Assembly: GCA_018241525.1 (NCBI GenBank)
Contig: JAFEDR010000013.1
Span: 9,170-73,169 of the forward strand
DNA length: 64,000 bases
Direction of reading: 5' to 3'
DNA from: Pseudomonadota bacterium
Lineage (GTDB): Bacteria; Pseudomonadota; Gammaproteobacteria; Steroidobacterales; Steroidobacteraceae
Below, in pieces: positions 55,312 to 62,207 of this stretch. Every line of letters starts with the position of its first letter. The first letter of the stretch is position 1. The position numbers and the translations under genes were made by a program. A model generated the notes under the pieces. It saw only the letters and a list, made by a program, of their open reading frames with translations. It had not been told where the DNA came from and did not search any database.

Positions 55312-56523
55312 TCAGCCGAGCTCGACGCGGACCACGCGTATCAGGCGCGCGAGTGCGGCCTCGACCACCGCCGTGTCCCGATGCCGCAGGATCACGTGTC
55401 CGGCCCCTTCGTAGCCCGCGCCCTGCCGGCTGCCCGCCGTGGGCAGTCGCGATTCGACGACGAGCCCGCCGAACTCGCGCTGTGCCTCCTCGAGCCCGTG
55501 GATGCGCCGCACGCGGCCGGTGCCCTGCCCGCGGACGTAGGCGGCGCCGACCGCCCAGGCGCGCGTCACCGGCTCGAAGCGGTTCTCGATGACGAGCCGC
55601 GGCCACGCCTCGTAGAAGTCGCGATCGTGCGCATACGACAGCAGCGAGGTGAACTGCGCGCCGGGCGGCCGAGCCGCGACCTCGGAGACCGCGACGGCGC
55701 CGTCCGGCCGCCGGAACCACTCGAGGTGCGCGATGCCGGTCGTGAGCCCGAGCGCCTCGAGCGCGCGCGTGCCGACGTCGCGGATCGGCTCGTAGCGATC
55801 GAGCTCGCGCGGCAGCAGCACGCACCACTGGATCCAGGGGTTCTCGACCACCGTCAGCGCGGACGGGAGGTAGCGCGACACCGACCAGAACGCCCGGCGT
55901 CCGTCGACGAACACCGCGTCGAAGGAATGCTCCTCGCCGCGCAGGAACTCCTCGCACAGCACCGGCGCACCCGGCCGCGGCGGCGACGACGCGAGGTAAC
56001 GCTCGAGCGCCGCGCCGTCATCGAGGCGGTGGGTACCGGCGGCGCCGGCTCCGGCCGGTGGCTTGACGACGAGCGGGAAGCCGCAGGCGGCGGCGAAGCG
56101 CCGTGCCTCGTCCGCGCTCGAGGCGAGCGCGTGCCGCGCGCAGGGCACGCCGGCGGCGCGCAGCACGTCCTTCATGACCGCCTTGTCGCGGAAGTTGCGC
56201 GCCGCGGCCGACGGCAGCCCGGGCAGGCCAAGCGCCTCGCGCGCGAGCGCCAGCGGCTCCTGCAGTTGCTCGAGCGACCCGATCAGGCGCTCGACCCGCC
56301 CGAGCCGGGCACCGAGCGCCTCGGCCGAGTGCACGAGCTGCCGCGGCTGGAACGCGTCCGCCACCTGCCAGTGGCCGGCGAGCCGGCCCCGCAGCGCTGC
56401 CGGCGCCCGCTCGAGCGGATCCTGGCTGACGAGCGACAGGCGCACGCCGGGCAGCCGCGCGGCGCCCTCGACGAAGCGCAGCGTGGCGTCCATCAGGAAC
56501 GGCGCGACGAACGCGACGTGCAC
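55312..56523 (-). CDS. ATP-grasp enzyme, L-amino-acid-ligase-like, substrate unknown
   Basis: 403-aa ORF from GTG 56523. It has a pre-ATP-grasp N-domain, an ATP-grasp core (DKAVMKDVLRAAGVP, FPLVVKPPAGAGAAG, EEFLRGEEHSFD, IAHLEWFRRPDGAVAVSEVAARPPG) and a C-terminal domain ending ...GHVILRHRD. Confidence 0.85.
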   Translation of the reverse strand: MHVAFVAPFLMDATLRFVEGAARLPGVRLSLVSQDPLERAPAALRGRLAGHWQVADAFQPRQLVHSAEALGARLGRVERLIGSLEQLQEPLALAREALGLPGLPSAAARNFRDKAVMKDVLRAAGVPCARHALASSADEARRFAAACGFPLVVKPPAGAGAAGTHRLDDGAALERYLASSPPRPGAPVLCEEFLRGEEHSFDAVFVDGRRAFWSVSRYLPSALTVVENPWIQWCVLLPRELDRYEPIRDVGTRALEALGLTTGIAHLEWFRRPDGAVAVSEVAARPPGAQFTSLLSYAHDRDFYEAWPRLVIENRFEPVTRAWAVGAAYVRGQGTGRVRRIHGLEEAQREFGGLVVESRLPTAGSRQGAGYEGAGHVILRHRDTAVVEAALARLIRVVRVELG

Positions 56524-56525
56524 GA

Positions 56526-56894
56526 TCAGCGCTCCTCGACCCTCACCTCGGCGCAGCGCTGGTTGCCGGGCGCGCTGTCGGCGACCAGCACGTAGCGCCG
56601 GCCCGGGTAGGTCTCGATCGACAGCTCGAAGCGGGTGGTCGTGTGCGCGGCCGCCATCACGCAGTCGACCAGCACGCGGTGCGTGCCGGGCGCGACCTGC
56701 ACGCGCGAGTAGCCGACGCCGACCACGCGCTCGTCGACCTTGCGCAGCAACGGGGCGAGTGGCAGGCCGGCGTTGACGCGCGGCGCGCCCTCGATGACCG
56801 CGAGCTCCCCCGCGGGTCGGATCGGCCCCTCGTAGCCGCGCTCGGTGGCGCAGCCGGCGAGCACGAGCGCGACCAGCAGGGCGCCGCGCCTCAC
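56526..56894 (-). CDS. Small lipoprotein of unknown function
   Basis: 122 codons from GTG 56894 (GTGA overlap with the mltD-like stop), with signal plus lipobox VRRGALLVALVLAGC. The beta-rich body includes VQVAPGTHRVLVDCV...RFELSIETYPGRRYVLVADS. Its TGA lies 2 nt before the ATP-grasp GTG. Confidence 0.6.
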   Translation of the reverse strand: MRRGALLVALVLAGCATERGYEGPIRPAGELAVIEGAPRVNAGLPLAPLLRKVDERVVGVGYSRVQVAPGTHRVLVDCVMAAAHTTTRFELSIETYPGRRYVLVADSAPGNQRCAEVRVEER

Positions 56895-59173
56895 GGCCCG
56901 CGCCCGCCCGGGCCGCCGGCGCCGCGCGGCTCGATCTTCGGCAGCACGATCTCGGTCCCGATGCGCACGTTGGTGAAGTCCGTCTCGGGGTTGTACTGGC
57001 GCAGCAGCCACACCGGCACGCTGGTCCGCTGCGTCAGCGTCCACAGCGACTCGCCCGACTTCAGGCGATAGCGCTCCTGGCCGGCGATGCGGTAGCGCTG
57101 GAAGAAGTCCTCCTGCAGCTGCCGATGGTAGCGCGCCCGGCGCGTCTCGAAGCGCGCCGCGTCGACGTGCGACAGGTCGAGCTGGATGCGGCGGCCGAGG
57201 GTCAGCGCGGCGCCCGGGCGCATGTGGTTGAGCTCGCGCAGCCGGGCGGGGCTCACGCCGCACCAGTCGGCGAAGTGGCCGAGCGTCTCGGCGCCCTGCA
57301 CGATCGCGGTCTCGCCGCTGACCGAGTAGTCGCTCGGGTCGGCCGAGGCGGCGCTTTCGATACCGGGAACGAGGCCGGGGCCGAGCTCGGAGGCCTCCTC
57401 GCGCGAGACCGGCTGCGGCTTCGCGCGGGCGGACTCCGCCGCCGGGCGCGGCTCCTCGGCAGCGACGTCGCGCGCCTCGGCGATCGCCGCCGGCGCCTCG
57501 GCGGAGTTCGCGCCGGCGGACTCTGCCGAGGCCGGGCTGGCCGACTTGGCGACCGACAGCTTCTGTCCCTCGAACAGGAAGTTCGGATCCTTGATCGAGT
57601 TCTGCGCCATCAGCGCCTTCTCGCCGAGTCCGAAGCGCTTCGCGATCTCGGAGAGCGTGTCGCCGCTGCGCACGACGTAGGACTCCTCGGCCGGTGCCGC
57701 CGCCGTGGCCGGCGCGGGCGGCGGAGCCGGTGCCGGCGTCGCGGCCGGCGTCTTCGCGGGCTTGGCGGGCTTGCCCGGCTTGGCGGGAGCGGCTGCCACG
57801 ACCGCCGCGGGCGCCGCGACCGCCGGCAGCGAGGCGAGCGGCGGGATCTTGAGCGTCGTGCCGGCCTTCACCTCGGCCGGCTCGAGGTGGTTGTAGGCGG
57901 CGAGCTCGCCGGGCTTGAGGCCAAAGGCGGTCGCGACCTTCTCGAGCGTCTCGCCGCGACGCAGCCGGTGCGTCGGGTCGCGCTTCTGGCCGTCGAAGTG
58001 GTCGCCCGCGCCGAGCAGTGCCAGCAGCTGCTCGGGGTCGGTGCCGCCCGGCACGCGCAGCTCGAAGCCGCGCGGCACGAAGCGCTGGCCGCTCCAGACG
58101 GGCTCCAGCAGCGACAGGTTGAGCGCGCGCAGCATCTCCTTGTCGGTGCCGAGCGCTCGCTCGAGCGACTGCGCCGGCACGTAGTACGGCAGGCGCACCA
58201 CGCGGCTCGCGTCGGGCGGGGCGCGCTCGAGGCGCCCGAAGAACTTGTCGGGATGGCGGTCGATGTCGAGCGCGGCCAGGAACGAGACGTAGAAGTTGCG
58301 CGAGGCGAAGCCGAAGCTGCGGCTCTGGTAGTTGCGGACGATCGTGACGATGTCGTCCGTGCCCATCAGCTCCTTGGCGCGGCGCATGCCGCCGGCGCCG
58401 TGGTTGTAGGCGGTCAGCGCCAGCGGCCAGGAGCCGAGGATCGAGTAGTTGACGTTCAGGAACTGCGCCGCGGCCACGGTCGACTTGTAGGGATCCAGGC
58501 GCTCGTCGACGACGTTGTCGACCCGCAGCCAGCGGCGGCCGGTCGACCGCATGAACTGCCAGATGCCGGCGGCACCGACCTTCGAATACGCGCGCGGGTT
58601 GAACGAGGATTCGACGTGCGGCAGCGCCGAGAGCTCGGCCGGCAGGCCCTCCTTGCGCAGCGTCTCCTCGACGTGGCGCTCCCAGGTGCCGGCGCGCACC
58701 AGCCCCTCGCGGAAGCGATCGGCCTGGCCGAGCTGGAAGCGCACGCGGTCGGCCGCCTCGCGCAGTGCGGCGTTGGTCGCATTGGCCGGAAAGAGCGCGA
58801 GCACGCGCTTTTCGTCTTCGGTGAGGCCCTCGTGCGGGCCGCCGCCGAGCCGGCGCAGGATCCGCTCGTACTTCGCCCGCGCCGCATCGACCGCGTCGGC
58901 TCGCTCGCGCGGCGACTGCGCCGCCGGGAAGCTGAGCTCCTCGTAGACCACGTCGAGGTAGCGGTCATCGTGCAGCAGGCCGCCCTGCGTCGTGACCTTG
59001 GAGTAGATCCGCTGCCAGAACTGGACGTCGGGTTCGAGCTGCGGCGGTCGCGGAAACGCGCCGCCGTCGGCATGAGCCGGTGCCGCAGGCGCAAGCAGGC
59101 CCAAGGCCGCCAGCGCGAGGCTCGCGCCGCACGCCCGGACCGCATGGAGCCGGCGTCGGGCGCCCTCGTCCAT
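56891..59173 (-). CDS. mltD: Membrane-bound lytic murein transglycosylase D-like protein with four LysM domains
   Basis: ORF 56891..59464 trimmed to ATG 59173 (alternative ATG 59209), with signal ...LALAALGLLAPAAPAHA. The SLT motif is LPHVESSFNPRAYSKVGAAGIWQFM...AYNHG. LysM repeats include HRLRRGETLEKVATAFG, YVVRSGDTLSEIAKRFG and YRLKSGESLWTLTQRTS. It also has an Ala/Pro/Lys linker. Confidence 0.88.
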   Translation of the reverse strand: MDEGARRRLHAVRACGASLALAALGLLAPAAPAHADGGAFPRPPQLEPDVQFWQRIYSKVTTQGGLLHDDRYLDVVYEELSFPAAQSPRERADAVDAARAKYERILRRLGGGPHEGLTEDEKRVLALFPANATNAALREAADRVRFQLGQADRFREGLVRAGTWERHVEETLRKEGLPAELSALPHVESSFNPRAYSKVGAAGIWQFMRSTGRRWLRVDNVVDERLDPYKSTVAAAQFLNVNYSILGSWPLALTAYNHGAGGMRRAKELMGTDDIVTIVRNYQSRSFGFASRNFYVSFLAALDIDRHPDKFFGRLERAPPDASRVVRLPYYVPAQSLERALGTDKEMLRALNLSLLEPVWSGQRFVPRGFELRVPGGTDPEQLLALLGAGDHFDGQKRDPTHRLRRGETLEKVATAFGLKPGELAAYNHLEPAEVKAGTTLKIPPLASLPAVAAPAAVVAAAPAKPGKPAKPAKTPAATPAPAPPPAPATAAAPAEESYVVRSGDTLSEIAKRFGLGEKALMAQNSIKDPNFLFEGQKLSVAKSASPASAESAGANSAEAPAAIAEARDVAAEEPRPAAESARAKPQPVSREEASELGPGLVPGIESAASADPSDYSVSGETAIVQGAETLGHFADWCGVSPARLRELNHMRPGAALTLGRRIQLDLSHVDAARFETRRARYHRQLQEDFFQRYRIAGQERYRLKSGESLWTLTQRTSVPVWLLRQYNPETDFTNVRIGTEIVLPKIEPRGAGGPGGRGP

Positions 59174-59455
59174 CCTGCCTCCGTCGCTCGACCCGTGCGG
59201 CGCCACCATGCGCCGCGCGGACTCGCGCGAAGTATACAAGCCGCGACCGCCGCAGGCCGCCGCGGTCGGCCGTCGGGGCGACGCGTCGAGCCGCGGCGCG
59301 CGCGGCCGACGCTGACGGGGCCCTGACGCCACCGATCCAGGCGTGCCGAGACGCACGTCACAGTTTTCGATTGCCGTCGCCCACGCCATGGAACGGTGGC
59401 CTATTTTCAGACTCTGATCAGCCGATCCCCCGCATGAGGCGTCTAGGATCCCGGC

Positions 59456-59863
59456 ATGTCGCAACAGTTCCGCAAGGACCCTGCCCCGAACGCACCGCCC
59501 GCCGCCGCCAGCGGCGAGCGCAAGTCCGGCCGCGTCCAGTTCGACGAGCGCGGCCAGGCCGTCTGGGAATGGGCGGTCAAGACCGGGATGTTCGACCGCA
59601 ATGCGAGCACCCAGCGCATCCGGGCGCTGGTCGAGGGTAAGACCGATCTGTCGATCGAAGAGACGCCGGCACCGGCGGCGAAAGTCGTCGAGCGCGCGGC
59701 CCCGACGGGCAACCCGTACGAGCGCGCTGCGCAGCCGAAGGCGCGGCCGACGCCGGCCGCCGGCGAATCCTCGGGCGGCGACCCTTACAGCCGCGGCCCG
59801 GCGAAGCGGCCGGAGTCGATGAACTTCAATCCTTACGAGCGCGCGCCGGGCCGAAAGCCCTGA
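59456..59863 (+). CDS. Hypothetical, largely disordered protein with three (N/D)PY(E/S)R motifs
   Basis: 135-aa ORF with AGGA 8 nt upstream and high third-position GC. The conserved-looking N-terminal block is GRVQFDERGQAVWEWAVKTGMFDR. Three motifs follow: GNPYERAA, GDPYSRGP and FNPYERAP. Confidence 0.6.
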   Translation: MSQQFRKDPAPNAPPAAASGERKSGRVQFDERGQAVWEWAVKTGMFDRNASTQRIRALVEGKTDLSIEETPAPAAKVVERAAPTGNPYERAAQPKARPTPAAGESSGGDPYSRGPAKRPESMNFNPYERAPGRKP

Positions 59864-59879
59864 AGCGGTCGCCGCGGCC

Positions 59880-60758
59880 TCAGTGCAGGCCCGGCATCTG
59901 AAAGAGTGACTTCACTTCCTCGACCGTGGCCCGCGCGGTCGCGGCCGTCTCGAGCAGCTGCGCGGCGCTGATGCCGGTGACCTCGTAGGCGACCGGCTCG
60001 ATCGGCGGCGCATCCTCGAATTCCTCGCTCTCGACCTCGGCCAGCACCGCGGCACTGTTCGCCAGGTGCACGATCGCGACGTCGAGCGGGTGCGACTCGG
60101 CGCGTGCCGGCTCGTGGTGGAACTCGATGGCCTCGGCGAGGCTCGGCGGCAGCCGCCAGCGGCGCGCGAGCAGCCCGCCGACGCGGGCGTGGTCGAAGCC
60201 CAGGATCTCGCGCTCGCACAGGTGCAGGTCCGGCTCGTTCGGCGCATCGATGGTCATCAGCAGCGCCTGGCGGCTTTCGGTCGGTGCCTTCGCGAACAGC
60301 ACCAGCTGCCCGATGTCGTGCAGCAGCCCCGCGACGAAGCTCGACTCGGGCCGGCCGCGGGCGCACTGGCCGGCGAGCGAGCGCGCAGCCACCGCGCACA
60401 GCACGCTGTGGTGCCAGAACGAGCCCATCGAGACGAGGTCGTTCGGGATGCCGCTGAAGGCCCGCACCGCGGAGAGCCCGAGCGTCAGGTCGCGGACCTG
60501 GCGCGTGCCGAGCACGGCGATCGCCCGGCCGACGGTGTCGACCTTCCGCTGCATGCCAAAGAGCGCGCTGTTGGCGAGCGTCAGGAGGCGCGCCGTCAGC
60601 GCCGCGTCCTGGGCGACGATCCGGCCGATGTCCTCGGCGGAGCTCTTCGGGTCGTCAACCATCTGGTTGATGCGCAGCACCACCTCGGGCAGCGACACGA
60701 GCGTCGCCACGTCGCTGACCAGCTTGTCGGGATCGAGCATGAGGGGCCGTCCGGGCAT
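59880..60758 (-). CDS. HDOD domain-containing signalling protein
   Basis: C-terminal 292 codons of ORF 59880..61427, from ATG 60758 (alternative 60740). Motifs are LPEVVLRINQMVDDPKSSAEDIGRIVAQDAALTARLLTLANSALFG, AIAVLG, GLLHDIGQLVL and DHARVGGLLARRW. Confidence 0.85.
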   Translation of the reverse strand: MPGRPLMLDPDKLVSDVATLVSLPEVVLRINQMVDDPKSSAEDIGRIVAQDAALTARLLTLANSALFGMQRKVDTVGRAIAVLGTRQVRDLTLGLSAVRAFSGIPNDLVSMGSFWHHSVLCAVAARSLAGQCARGRPESSFVAGLLHDIGQLVLFAKAPTESRQALLMTIDAPNEPDLHLCEREILGFDHARVGGLLARRWRLPPSLAEAIEFHHEPARAESHPLDVAIVHLANSAAVLAEVESEEFEDAPPIEPVAYEVTGISAAQLLETAATARATVEEVKSLFQMPGLH

Positions 60759-60914
60759 CCGAGTCAGCCGGGAAGTCGGCCGGCCGGCGGCGGACTTGAG
60801 CGCACCGGAACCCCTAAAATGGGGCCTCGAGCCGCCCGCTCCCGCCGGGCGCCCGCAGGCCGCCTCGGGCCGCCGGCGACCCGACGGGAACCCGGGGCCG
60901 GCCGGGGACCCTCC

Positions 60915-61364
60915 ATGGATGCCACGCCCTCCGACGTCGCCCGCATCGCGCACTCGATCCAGCTCTCGGTCGCGCCCGTCTTCCTGCTCTCCGGCATCGG
61001 CGTGCTGCTCAACGTGCTGACGAGCCGGCTCGCCCGGGTCGTGGACCGTGCGCGACCGCTCGAGGAGCAGCACGAGGCCGCGGATCCGGCGCAGGCGGCC
61101 GAGCTCCGCGAACGCCTGCGCTGGCTCGCCCACCGGGCCCGGCTGATGAACACCGCGATCACGCTCGGGACCGTGTCCGCGCTGCTCGTGGCGGTCGTCG
61201 TGGCGCTGTTGTTCGCCAGTGCCTTCGCGAGCTTCAACCTGGCGGCGCCGGTCGCCGGGCTGTTCGTCGCGGCAATGGCGGCGCTGGTCGGCGCACTGCT
61301 CGCGTTCCTGATCGAAGTCAGGGTCGCGACGCACACGCTGCGGATCGGCCCGCCGGCCCGCTGA
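60915..61364 (+). CDS. DUF2721-like membrane protein
   Basis: 149 codons from ATG 60915 (tail of ORF 60066..61364). It reads APVFLLSGIGVLLNVLTSRLARVVDR, then a helical linker, then two further TM helices. The family label is from memory. Confidence 0.75.
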   Translation: MDATPSDVARIAHSIQLSVAPVFLLSGIGVLLNVLTSRLARVVDRARPLEEQHEAADPAQAAELRERLRWLAHRARLMNTAITLGTVSALLVAVVVALLFASAFASFNLAAPVAGLFVAAMAALVGALLAFLIEVRVATHTLRIGPPAR

Positions 61365-61387
61365 TCCCGTTCGCCGGCGTAAGGCCG

Positions 61388-61418
61388 AAAAAAAGGGCCG
61401 CCCCTTGCGGGGCGGCCC
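61388..61418 (-). terminator. Rho-independent terminator downstream of nrdJb
   Basis: On the minus strand the sequence is GGGCCGCCCC-GCAA-GGGGCGGCCC followed by TTTTTTT, a 10-bp GC stem with a 7-U tract. It lies 74 nt after the nrdJb stop. Confidence 0.7.
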
Positions 61419-61491
61419 GGAAGGCACGCGCCTTGCCGCCGAAGCGGCGCCGGGCCCAGCCCGGACAGCGCGTGTCGACGGGTTCGTCAGC

Positions 61492-62205
61492 TCAGCCGCA
61501 CTTCGAGTCGCCGCAGTTCAGGCAGGTCATGCAGCCGTCCATCATGATCACGGCGGCGGTGCTGCACTTCGAGCACAGCTGCGCGCCCTCGGGGTAGTGC
61601 CCGCGCGAGAACGCATCCTGCTGCTTGTTGCGGGCCTCGAACTCCTCGCGCTTCTCCTCGATCAGCTTCTTGCGGTGCGCGTCCATCTCGGGCCGCGGCA
61701 TGAGGCCGATCGTCTGCAGGTGCTTCTCGATCACGTAGCCGAGCTCGGCGATGATCGACGGCATGAAGCGCCCGCCCGGCTGCCAGTAGCCGCCGCGCGG
61801 GTCGAACACCGCCTTCAGCTCCTCGACCAGGAAGGTCACGTCGCCACCCTTGCGGAAGACCGCCGAGATAATCCGGGTCAGCGCGACGATCCACTGGAAA
61901 TGGTCGAGGTTCTTCGAGTTGATGAAGACCTCGAACGGCCGGCGCTGCTCGTGCTCGGTGCCCTCGTTCAGCACGATGTCGTTGATGGTCACGTACATCG
62001 CGTGGTCGGAGACCGGCGTCTTGATCTTGTAGGTCGAGCCGATCAGCACCTCCGGCCGCTCGAGCAGCCGGTCCTTGCTGATCCAGACGACCTTGCCGCC
62101 TTCCTTGCGGAACTCGGTCGGCTCCGGCTTCGCGACCTCGGCCTTGTCGGAACCGGGCTTCTCGACCCGGAACTTCGTGATGCGCTTTTCGATGTGCGTG
62201 GTCAT
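61492..62205 (-). CDS. nrdJb: Class II (adenosylcobalamin-dependent) ribonucleotide reductase, C-terminal polypeptide NrdJb
   Basis: ORF 61492..62520 trimmed to ATG 62205, 2 nt after the nrdJa TGA: MTTHIEKRITKF...GSTYKIKTP...MYVTINDIV...RPFEVFINSKN. It ends in the Cys-rich tail CSKCSTAAVIMMDGCMTCLNCGDSKCG. Confidence 0.88.
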   Translation of the reverse strand: MTTHIEKRITKFRVEKPGSDKAEVAKPEPTEFRKEGGKVVWISKDRLLERPEVLIGSTYKIKTPVSDHAMYVTINDIVLNEGTEHEQRRPFEVFINSKNLDHFQWIVALTRIISAVFRKGGDVTFLVEELKAVFDPRGGYWQPGGRFMPSIIAELGYVIEKHLQTIGLMPRPEMDAHRKKLIEEKREEFEARNKQQDAFSRGHYPEGAQLCSKCSTAAVIMMDGCMTCLNCGDSKCG

Positions 62206-62207
62206 GG

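Noticed and set aside
55312-56894. Lipoprotein plus ATP-grasp as a graspetide-type RiPP precursor/maturase pair (the lipoprotein contains HTTTRFELSIE)
   Set aside because: The upstream ORF has a lipoprotein signal and is 122 aa of beta-rich sequence, unlike leader/core RiPP precursors. The ATP-grasp looks LAL/Ddl-like rather than RimK-like. I keep it only as a remote alternative.
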